32,000 bases of DNA from Polynucleobacter sp. JS-JIR-5-A7 (lineage in GTDB: Bacteria; Pseudomonadota; Gammaproteobacteria; Burkholderiales; Burkholderiaceae): positions 2,115,031 through 2,147,030 of the forward strand of contig NZ_CP061308.1 in assembly GCF_018687935.1 (NCBI RefSeq), read 5' to 3'. Below are positions 16,633 through 23,665 of this stretch, in pieces; the stretch's first letter is position 1; each line of letters opens with the position of its first letter. The notes under the pieces are model-generated. The model worked only from the letters and a program-made list of their open reading frames with translations. It was not told the origin of the DNA and did no database searches. The translations under genes and the position numbers were made by a program.

Positions 16633-16650
16633 ATTATTGAGACTTAATCG

Positions 16651-16677
16651 AAAAAAACCACCCCGGAGGGTGGTTTT
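16651..16677 (-). terminator. rho-independent terminator of pstS
   Basis: CCACCC-cgga-GGGTGG, flanked by A7 on the plus strand (a T7 run on the minus strand), 21 nt after the pstS stop. Confidence 0.75.
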
Positions 16678-16697
16678 GATTACCAAAATTAAGTAGA

Positions 16698-17735
16698 TTA
16701 CTTAGTATCAACCTGTGACCAGACACTCTTACGAATGAAGTTGGTAGTAGCATCGGGCATTGGCACATAGTCCAAATCTGAAGCCATTTTCTTGCCATCT
16801 TTAAAGCCAAAATCAAAAAACTTGATGGTTTCTGATGCGGTAGCTTTGTTTTCAGGTTTTTTGTAAATCACCACAAACGTAGCGCCAGTAATTGGCCAAG
16901 CGTTGGCGCCAGGCGCATTAGTAATGAAAGTATTCATGCCTGGAAACTTAGACCAGTCAGTTCCTGCAGAAGCCGCCGCGAAAGAGGCCGCTGTTGGCTC
17001 TACAAACTTCTCTTCAGCATTCTTCATTTGTGTGTAACTCATATTGTTCTTCTTAGCGTATGCATACTCTACATAGCCGATTGAATTCTTAATACGAGCT
17101 ACGTTTGCCGATACCCCTTCGTTGCCCTTACCGCTGACAGTTGACGGAGCTGGCCACTTCACAGAAGCACCAAAACCAACTGCATCTTTCCAGCCTTTGT
17201 TTACCTTAGAAAGATAATTAGTAAAGATCGCTGTTGTACCAGAACCATCAGCACGAGTAACAACTGTAATCTCACCGGCAGGAATTTGAAGGCCAGGGTT
17301 AAGCAACTTAATACGCTTGTCGTTCCAGTTTGCGATTGTTCCTTGGAAAATATCAGACAGCACATCACTTGATAGCTTCAGTTGACCTGGCTTTATGCCT
17401 TCAATATTAACAACAGGTACTACGCCACCAATAATTGCTGGGAACTGAACCATCCCACTCGCCTCTAATTCTTCAAAGCTCATAGGAGCGTCAGTAGCAC
17501 CAAAATCAACTGTCTTAGCTTTAATTTGCTTGATACCGCCACCAGATCCAATTGACTGGTAGTTCAAGTTATTACCTGTTTTCGCTTTAAAAGCTTCAGA
17601 CCATTTAGAGAGCACTGGATAGATAAAAGAGGAGCCTGCGCCAGTGATATCTGTTGCCTGAGCAACCTGTACAAACACAGATGAGCAAGCAATGAACATG
17701 CCCGCAGTGATAACTTTTTTAAACTGTTGTTTCAT
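16698..17735 (-). CDS. pstS: phosphate ABC transporter substrate-binding protein PstS (orphan; no pstCAB in the window)
   Basis: 345 aa with a signal peptide. TGAGSSFIYPVLSKWSEAF and YQSIGSGGGIKQI...DFGATDAPM are classic PstS blocks. Confidence 0.9.
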   Translation of the reverse strand: MKQQFKKVITAGMFIACSSVFVQVAQATDITGAGSSFIYPVLSKWSEAFKAKTGNNLNYQSIGSGGGIKQIKAKTVDFGATDAPMSFEELEASGMVQFPAIIGGVVPVVNIEGIKPGQLKLSSDVLSDIFQGTIANWNDKRIKLLNPGLQIPAGEITVVTRADGSGTTAIFTNYLSKVNKGWKDAVGFGASVKWPAPSTVSGKGNEGVSANVARIKNSIGYVEYAYAKKNNMSYTQMKNAEEKFVEPTAASFAAASAGTDWSKFPGMNTFITNAPGANAWPITGATFVVIYKKPENKATASETIKFFDFGFKDGKKMASDLDYVPMPDATTNFIRKSVWSQVDTK

Positions 17736-17818
17736 AAAAAATCCTTATTAAATTAAAAATACATAACATTGCACCCCAAAGTGAAGCCCCTTGGAGTTTT
17801 AAAAATTGAAAACGTGAT

Positions 17819-18160
17819 TTAGGCTATGGACCGAGGTGGTCTAAAGATTCGACTAGAAATTATCTTCAAGTGGGGATTTGAGTACTCGGCAATATTTGTG
17901 ATGATAGCTTTAGTATTTCTCAATTCTGGCTTAGGATCAGATTCAAGATATCCCAGCACATGAGATGAAAACTGAAAATAGTTGGCGTTTTTAATATCTT
18001 GATTAGATGATTTTGAAAGGCAAAAGTTCTTTGATGCTACGCCGTTAATCTTGTGAACTTGCCCTAATCCATTTTGAACAAAAGCCGCCGCAGAAGTGCA
18101 TTTAAAGGCAACAATAAAAATACAGATTAGAGTTACCAGCAGTTTTGATGAGCTACGCAT
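17819..18160 (-). CDS. small secreted protein, FKPP(R/K) C-terminal family, paralogue C
   Basis: Start reset to MRSSSKLLVTLICIFIVAFK, which aligns with MLPRSKTLVLFICLFMIAFK of paralogues A and B. C-terminus is RIFRPPRSIA. Confidence 0.55.
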   Translation of the reverse strand: MRSSSKLLVTLICIFIVAFKCTSAAAFVQNGLGQVHKINGVASKNFCLSKSSNQDIKNANYFQFSSHVLGYLESDPKPELRNTKAIITNIAEYSNPHLKIISSRIFRPPRSIA

Positions 18161-18270
18161 TTGCTGACACTCTAGTTTGGATAAATGACAGTTATATGAC
18201 AATAGATGCCAATTTAGCTACACCTCTAACCATCCAAAGCAAAATATCGGGATTTTTTAATTCATACATC

Positions 18271-18297
18271 AGAACCGTCCTTTAAAAGGACGGTTCT
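18271..18297. repeat. P-box copy 8 embedded in a perfect 27-bp palindrome AGAACCGTCCTTTAAAAGGACGGTTCT
   Basis: 13-bp arms around a central A. It lies 14 nt after the stop of the zinc-ribbon gene (18311) and about 110 nt upstream of paralogue C. Confidence 0.9.
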
Positions 18298-18310
18298 TAA
18301 ATACCCATTC

Positions 18311-18619
18311 CTACCAGCCTCCTGATCGATGCTGAGCCCCTATGTGGTTTCCGGTTGCTCGCATATGATTTTTGCAATAAGGACAAGTGATACCGTCCCA
18401 TGGCTCCAAATAATCCCCTGAACCACAAGCTCTACATAAGGGCTTAAAGGGAAGCTCAGCACTAATGCTCTCTGAATTGGGAACGGTATAGGTATCGATC
18501 AAGGCGCATGAGCTACAAGTCATGGCTACCTCAGAGGAGCGAGGACCAAGCTCGGTACCAATACCACTAATGCATTCATATTTACAAGATTTACATAAAA
18601 ATTTGTACTTGGTCGCCAT
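18311..18619 (-). CDS. four-CxxC zinc-ribbon protein, 102 aa (copy 2)
   Basis: CKSC, CSSC, CRAC and CPYC pairs. Roughly half the residues match the ORF at 21457-21765 when aligned by eye. No signal peptide. Confidence 0.7.
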   Translation of the reverse strand: MATKYKFLCKSCKYECISGIGTELGPRSSEVAMTCSSCALIDTYTVPNSESISAELPFKPLCRACGSGDYLEPWDGITCPYCKNHMRATGNHIGAQHRSGGW

Positions 18620-18622
18620 AGA

Positions 18623-19141
18623 TTAACTCCCTTGATAGTCTTTCATGACCTCAGTCCACTTGTCGTTGGTGTAATGCAACCGCATTTGTCGCTCTTGATT
18701 GGCAACGCCAATGGTAATTTTTTTATTGACTAGGTCGCTATAAACATCGTCTACTTTAGAGTAGTAATACTCAAAAACTGCGACCATTTCTGGCTTTGGA
18801 AATTCCTTAGCAATGCCACGACATTGCATTGTTTCTTCCTTAAATTGTTTGAGTTCCATAGCCTGCTGATCAGTAATGAATTCTGTTGAACTCAATAACT
18901 TTTTTGCATTGGGATTATTGGGCAAAATAATGATGATGTTGGCATTCACATCTTTCGCATCATCCTTAGCATTTACTTGGGCAATACAACTAATCATTTT
19001 TTTTCGAACCGTCTCTACTTGTTTTTGTATTGCGTCTTTACTCTCAATGGTTGCCATAGTATTACTAGATTTATTGCTGGCACAACCGGCTAACATCAGG
19101 GTCGAAAGACAAATTCCTCTAAATAACTTTTTCATAATCAT
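18623..19141 (-). CDS. lipoprotein, unknown family (copy 2)
   Basis: Lipobox LMLAGC. Shares KKITIGVANQERQ and its overall layout with 21778-22299. The start may be MKKLF at 19135. Confidence 0.7.
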   Translation of the reverse strand: MIMKKLFRGICLSTLMLAGCASNKSSNTMATIESKDAIQKQVETVRKKMISCIAQVNAKDDAKDVNANIIIILPNNPNAKKLLSSTEFITDQQAMELKQFKEETMQCRGIAKEFPKPEMVAVFEYYYSKVDDVYSDLVNKKITIGVANQERQMRLHYTNDKWTEVMKDYQGS

Positions 19142-19167
19142 TTCCTAATAATGGGTCGTCTGAAGGT

Positions 19168-19275
19168 TTAGTGATAAACAATGTCAGCACGATAGTTTTC
19201 TTTAAATACCGCTTCTGTCTAAGATAGGTTGGCTGGCTTTTCTTTTCCATAGCTCACGGCTTTAAGCTGAGCATG
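19168..19275 (-). pseudogene. internally deleted remnant of a Pal/OmpA-like gene
   Basis: 19168-19272 aligns well by eye, with scattered mismatches, with the last roughly 105 nt of 22317-22808. 19273-19300 aligns with the start codon and upstream region at 22806-22835. About 0.4 kb of the middle is missing. Confidence 0.65.
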
Positions 19276-19357
19276 GTGGGGTTTCCCAAACATAGCTAAA
19301 CGTTAGTAGCTATATGGCAAATGAAAACGCCACTATGACAAACCGAACCTAAAAATA

Positions 19358-19711
19358 TTAGGCTGTAGCTTTGGGTGGTTTAAACGCTGAGTCAGGAAAG
19401 TTTTGCGAAAACAAAACTTTATTTGCTATAGCAAATTGAATTGGGGTCTTGGGTAGGGAAAAAACGGTTATTCCAGCCTCGCTAATGTTTGCAGTCACAT
19501 GACTCATTAGATGCATGGTGTGAACCTGATGCTTATCGGTGAATGACCCAGCACTCTCATACGACTGCTGTGAGATTGGTACATTGGCATAAGAGCTATC
19601 AATCTGCGCTCGCTCTATTGCGGCTTGAATAAAAATACTTCCAGCGGCCAGCTTAAATGCGATCATGAAGAGGCAAATGAATAAAACGAGTGTTTTACTA
19701 CGAGGCAACAT
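19358..19711 (-). CDS. small secreted protein, FKPP(R/K) C-terminal family, paralogue A
   Basis: 117 aa. The N-terminal 36 aa and C-terminal roughly 20 aa are almost identical to 22895-23248, while the centre is diverged. Ends SAFKPPKATA. Confidence 0.65.
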   Translation of the reverse strand: MLPRSKTLVLFICLFMIAFKLAAGSIFIQAAIERAQIDSSYANVPISQQSYESAGSFTDKHQVHTMHLMSHVTANISEAGITVFSLPKTPIQFAIANKVLFSQNFPDSAFKPPKATA

Positions 19712-19741
19712 GGTTCAAATTCTATACCTGATTACTAAATT

Positions 19742-19804
19742 TGTCGTTTTAAATGACATCGACTGACGCAGGGATGAATAATGGATTTGTCCTTTTAAAG
19801 GACA
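19742..19804. repeat. bipartite repeat, copy 2: H1 variant TGTCGTTTTAAATGACA + linker atcgactgacgcagggatgaataat + P-box copy 9 (19789-19803, right-extended ...GGACagttcatg)
   Basis: Aligns with 9041-9103. The H1 part sits about 30 nt upstream of the start of paralogue A. Confidence 0.9.
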
Positions 19805-19889
19805 GTTCATGATGGGGGGATGTGAACGGCAACTGTAAACTATGTGGTCGGTACCGGACGTAAAGCATGTGTCCGGTACGTACCCGGTG

Positions 19890-19920
19890 TTTCTTGGTGG
19901 CCCGGGGCGGAATCGAACCA
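19890..19920 (-). repeat. 31-nt direct repeat of the tRNA-Phe 3' end and flank (att-like site)
   Basis: tttcttggtggcccggggcggaatcgaacca is identical to 25832-25862. The next roughly 35 nt (…ccctagactac) resemble the sequence that follows the 25159 copy. Confidence 0.75.
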
Positions 19921-19955
19921 GGGCCGAGAATGTCTGACTCTAGCCCTAGACTACT

Positions 19956-20267
19956 TTACCTATAGCCCAATACATCGTCTTGAGTTCTCTTTTGCCCCTC
20001 AAGGAATAGCTTAGTACATATCCCAGCGCCACTATGAAAACTTTGTTTTTTAGAGTCGACTTGCATTTGATACAAGGTATCAAAGCAATCCCTTCGATTA
20101 ACGAACTTGAAGCTCTCTGTGTGGGTTTGCTTACCCTTGTAAAAATGAAAGAAATCTAAAGTCCAATACTTGTCGCCTTGAGCGGTTACAGTGGCTTGCT
20201 CTTTTTTAAGGGGTTCAGCACAAGAGCATAAGGCCATAACTAAAATGAGAATTATTAGTTTTTTCAT
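19956..20267 (-). CDS. small lipoprotein, 103 aa
   Basis: MKKLIILILVMALCSC lipobox. Its start lies 2 nt after the stop of the FGE-like gene. Confidence 0.6.
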   Translation of the reverse strand: MKKLIILILVMALCSCAEPLKKEQATVTAQGDKYWTLDFFHFYKGKQTHTESFKFVNRRDCFDTLYQMQVDSKKQSFHSGAGICTKLFLEGQKRTQDDVLGYR

Positions 20268-20269
20268 TA

Positions 20270-21194
20270 TTAGTCTTCTAATACTAACCTCATGCCTGCC
20301 AAGACATAACGCGACTCTGGCGTATTCACATTTCTAAAAGAAGATCGACAGTACAAAGGCCATGAGTGCCAAGAACCTCCTCTCCTTACTCTCGCTTCAC
20401 CAATATTGGGGCCCTGTGGGTCTATGGTTGGTGCGTATTGATAATAATTTTCAGCATACCAATCAGAACACCACTCCCATACGTTCCCGATCATGTCATA
20501 TAGAGCAAATGGGTTAGGAAGAAAACTGCCAACGGGAGCCGAAAATTCGTAGTGACTATGATATTCAAGAGCGTATTTTTGCCACTGCGGCCAAATCTCT
20601 ACTGAATCTAAGTCAAACACATTGGCATATGAAATCAGCGTAGTTGGATCGTCGCCGGTAAAGAACCTACTATTCGTACCCGCTCTGCAGGCATATTCCC
20701 ACTCGGCTTCAGTTGGTAGTCGATACTTTTTTCCCTCTTTCTCACTTAACCACTTAGCCATAGCATTGGCATCATTCCAAGTAATGTTCACCACTGGAAA
20801 ATCATCCGCTTGGTTAAAACCCGTTTTATCCCACGCATACTGACTATTGCGACCTTCAAAAACTTCATCATCAATAGTCTTTAAATGGGCATCAATTGGA
20901 TTGAACCCATATCCACCAGTACCGTCTCGAATCGATTCAGGCATGTATCCAGAGTGGGTTAAAAAATAACTCAAACTGCTTAACCGTGACTGGGTACTGT
21001 CCCATCCAAAATGGCTTAGTAATTATTGCCTTGTGTAGTGGGCTTTCATCATGAAATTCAGAGAGCCGAGTTAACTCATACTGAGGAAAGTCTTGTCTTA
21101 ATGAATTTTCTGTTTCATTACTGCCCATTAAAAAACTTCCAGCAGGAATATAAGCAAAACTCATAGCAATACTATTTTGTAAGGTCTTCATCAT
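20270..21194 (-). pseudogene. formylglycine-generating-enzyme (FGE/SUMF1) family gene with a 1-nt frameshift in a homopolymer
   Basis: ORFs 20937-21194 and 20270-20974 are in different frames. Removing one base of the A6 run at 20961-20966 gives VTVKQFELFLTHSGYMPES. FGE blocks present: RLPTEAEWEYACRAG, GNVWEWCSDWY and RVRRGGSW. Confidence 0.8.
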
Positions 21195-21201
21195 TGAGAT
21201 A

Positions 21202-21444
21202 TCAAACAGCTGATTTCTTTATAAGCAAGTTAGCCAATTGATCGATAACTTCTGACCATTCCGAATCATCGGCTTTGGCTTCAATTAAAAAAGTCTTTTG
21301 CTCTGGATCCCAATAAATGGCATTTTCCAAAATAGAGCCTGGCTGTAATTGATGCCTTTCTATAAATCGTTCCATGTGAATCTTTTGGGATGACAATCCT
21401 AACTGCTCAAAAAGCTCTTCCAAAGTTCTATTGTTCATACTCAT
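21202..21444 (-). CDS. DUF2789-like small protein, 80 aa
   Basis: LEELFEQLGLSSQKIHMERFIERHQL...YWDPEQKTFL...DDSEWSEVIDQLN matches my memory of the DUF2789 pattern. Confidence 0.65.
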   Translation of the reverse strand: MSMNNRTLEELFEQLGLSSQKIHMERFIERHQLQPGSILENAIYWDPEQKTFLIEAKADDSEWSEVIDQLANLLIKKSAV

Positions 21445-21456
21445 TGGAATTCTCCT

Positions 21457-21765
21457 TCACCAGTACTTAAAGCGAGATCTCTCAACATCAACATCTGGGC
21501 CTATAGCCCGCATCTTCATCTGACAATGTGGGCAGGTAAGCCCATCCCACTCCGCCAAATGTTTGCTAGAGAGGCAACTTGTACAAGCAGGTGAAATACT
21601 AATTTCTGTATTAATACTACCTGGGTGAGCAACCGTATATAAATCAATGGTTGCACAAGATTTACAGGCCATAACCACTCTAGAAGAGTGAAGCCCCGCC
21701 TCTCTACCAATACCACTGATGCATTCAAACTTACAAGAGCCACAAATAAATTTATATCTAGCCAT
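21457..21765 (-). CDS. four-CxxC zinc-ribbon protein, 102 aa (copy 1)
   Basis: CGSC, CKSC, CTSC and CPHC pairs. Paralogue of 18311-18619. Confidence 0.7.
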   Translation of the reverse strand: MARYKFICGSCKFECISGIGREAGLHSSRVVMACKSCATIDLYTVAHPGSINTEISISPACTSCLSSKHLAEWDGLTCPHCQMKMRAIGPDVDVERSRFKYW

Positions 21766-21777
21766 AAATCTATCGCA

Positions 21778-22299
21778 CTAATTCTTTTTAGATTGAATAT
21801 CTAGACGCTTCATGCGAGCATCTTGAATCAGTAATTGCCTTTCTTGATTAGCAACTCCGATAGTGATTTTTTTAGAAATGAGATCTGCATAAACGCCATC
21901 GATTTTTTTAAAGAACTCCTGATACACCGAAATCATCTCGGGACTTAATTCCTCTAGCGCAATAGGACGACAAGAATTAGCTTCAAGCAAGTAATTAGCT
22001 AATGCCTTAGCCTGTTGATCAGTTAATTTATCGGCTGAATTAAAGAGGGCTTGTGCATGCGGATTGTTCCTTGTAACAACGATGATCTGACTATCCACCA
22101 ACAATGCATCTGCACTTTGATTACTGTTAACAATACAGTCATTAAGACGCTTAGCCACAGCACCAGTATGAACTGGGGCTATTGCAGTCATTGGTGCCGG
22201 CGCTTTAGCAACTTGTACTGGGTTATTGGGGGCAAAGTTTGTCGCACATCCACTTAAGAAAGCAATGCCTATCAAACTTAGTTTGAATATGTTTTTCAT
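21778..22299 (-). CDS. lipoprotein, unknown family (copy 1)
   Basis: Lipobox FLSGC. Paralogue of 18623-19141. Confidence 0.7.
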   Translation of the reverse strand: MKNIFKLSLIGIAFLSGCATNFAPNNPVQVAKAPAPMTAIAPVHTGAVAKRLNDCIVNSNQSADALLVDSQIIVVTRNNPHAQALFNSADKLTDQQAKALANYLLEANSCRPIALEELSPEMISVYQEFFKKIDGVYADLISKKITIGVANQERQLLIQDARMKRLDIQSKKN

Positions 22300-22316
22300 T
22301 GAATAGCCTTTGAAGT

Positions 22317-22808
22317 TTAGCGATACACAAAATCAGCGCGGCGGTTTTCTTTAAATGCCGCTTCAGTTTGCGCTGGGTCAGCTGGCTTTTCTTTGCCAAA
22401 GCTCACTGCCTCTAGTTGAGACTCACTAACACCTTGAGAAACAAGCGCTTTCTTAACAGCTTCGGATCGCTTTTGGCCCAAGGCTAAGTTGTACTCAGCG
22501 GTTCCACGATCATCGGTATTACCTTGAATAATGACGGATGCCTTTTGCCTTTGAAATGCTTTCAAGTACGAAGCATGGGCAGAGATAGTAGAGGCATATT
22601 TTGGATCTAATGTATAGCTATCAAACTCAAAATAGATAGAACGCTTGCCATAAACGCTAGACTTAGAATCGCTGATTGGATCATACGACATTGAGCCGCC
22701 AGCGTTGATAGTAGCAACACTATTAGCATCATCTAACTTAACGCTACTACAGGCGGAAACAAATAAAACCAATAATGCCAATGGCAATATTTTTATAAAC
22801 TTAAACAT
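22317..22808 (-). CDS. peptidoglycan-associated lipoprotein (Pal/OmpA C-terminal domain)
   Basis: Start reset to MFKFIKILPLALLVLFVSAC (lipobox). OmpA_C blocks: IYFEFDSYTL, GNTDDRGTAEYNLALGQKRSEAV and ENRRADFVY. Confidence 0.85.
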   Translation of the reverse strand: MFKFIKILPLALLVLFVSACSSVKLDDANSVATINAGGSMSYDPISDSKSSVYGKRSIYFEFDSYTLDPKYASTISAHASYLKAFQRQKASVIIQGNTDDRGTAEYNLALGQKRSEAVKKALVSQGVSESQLEAVSFGKEKPADPAQTEAAFKENRRADFVYR

Positions 22809-22894
22809 GATGGAATTTCCCAAATACGGCTGAATAGGCTCAGCCATGCTATCAATAGGATTGATCTTATTTAGACCAATCCCAACCAAGTAAA

Positions 22895-23248
22895 TTAGGT
22901 GTTAGCTTTGGGTGGTTTAAATGCTGAGTCGGGGAAATTTTGCGAAAACAAAACTTCATTAACGATAGAGAACGAAGCCACTGCAATCGATGGAGAGAAA
23001 ACGGTAATTTCAATTTCGCTAATATTAGCTGTTACATGGCTCATGAGGTACATGGTATGAACCTGCTCTTTGTCGTCAGCTGAGTCAGAGCTATTATGTG
23101 CTTGCTGTGACATTGAAGCATTGCTGTAGCTACCAGCAAGTTCTGCCCGCTCTATTGCGACTTGAATAAAAATACTTCCAGCGGCCACCTTAAATGCGAT
23201 CATGAAGAGGCAAATGAATAAAACGAGTGTTTTACTACGAGGCAACAT
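22895..23248 (-). CDS. small secreted protein, FKPP(R/K) C-terminal family, paralogue B
   Basis: 117 aa. See 19358-19711. Ends SAFKPPKANT. First gene of a tight minus-strand operon running to 19956. Confidence 0.65.
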   Translation of the reverse strand: MLPRSKTLVLFICLFMIAFKVAAGSIFIQVAIERAELAGSYSNASMSQQAHNSSDSADDKEQVHTMYLMSHVTANISEIEITVFSPSIAVASFSIVNEVLFSQNFPDSAFKPPKANT

Positions 23249-23278
23249 GGCTCAAATTCTATACCCGATTACTAAATT

Positions 23279-23295
23279 TGTCGTTTAAAACGACA
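23279..23295. promoter_or_regulatory. H1 palindrome TGTCGTTTAAAACGACA upstream of paralogue B (candidate operator overlapping a -35-like element)
   Basis: Same position relative to the start codon as the H1 copy upstream of paralogue A. On the minus strand ACGACA-n18-TAGAAT lies just before the ATG. Confidence 0.4.
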
Positions 23296-23343
23296 TTACA
23301 AGCACCAACCCTTAATCAGAAGCCTTTAAAAGATGCTTACTGT

Positions 23344-23655
23344 CTACTTCCTATTAGCCCCATAAGTCTTATTAAGGTAGTCGACTATGACTGGAACTTC
23401 CTCATCAGTAATAGGTGCCTTAAATACATTTTTCATCCTTAAAACTTGGGCATTCCAATAGCCAACTCCCGTATTGGGCGGTTGATATTCTGCATAGTGG
23501 GCAGAGTGACAGGTAGAGCATTTCTGTAAAGTCAGCTGATAGCCTGGCAAATCTGATGGCCTCCATAAAACAGTATCAGCTGGCAACTCAATCGTTTTAG
23601 CTTGTGCCATTTGTGCCAAAGCAAGAGCAGATAGAAGGAGGATAATTTTTTTCAT
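23344..23655 (-). CDS. sorB: monohaem cytochrome c, SorB-like partner of sulfite dehydrogenase
   Basis: Start reset to MKKIILLLSALALAQMAQA (ATG 23655), preceded by AAGGAG. It has a signal peptide and a single CSTCH haem-binding motif. Confidence 0.8.
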   Translation of the reverse strand: MKKIILLLSALALAQMAQAKTIELPADTVLWRPSDLPGYQLTLQKCSTCHSAHYAEYQPPNTGVGYWNAQVLRMKNVFKAPITDEEVPVIVDYLNKTYGANRK

Positions 23656-23665
23656 ATTCTTCTCC

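Noticed and set aside
19921-19955. Sequence following the 19890 and 25159 att repeats as a second, different tRNA gene
   Set aside because: The reverse complements (gtagtctagggctagagtcagacattctcggccctggttcgattccgcc...) have a D-arm-like start. However, no acceptor stem or anticodon stem can be paired, so at most they are pseudo-tRNA relics.
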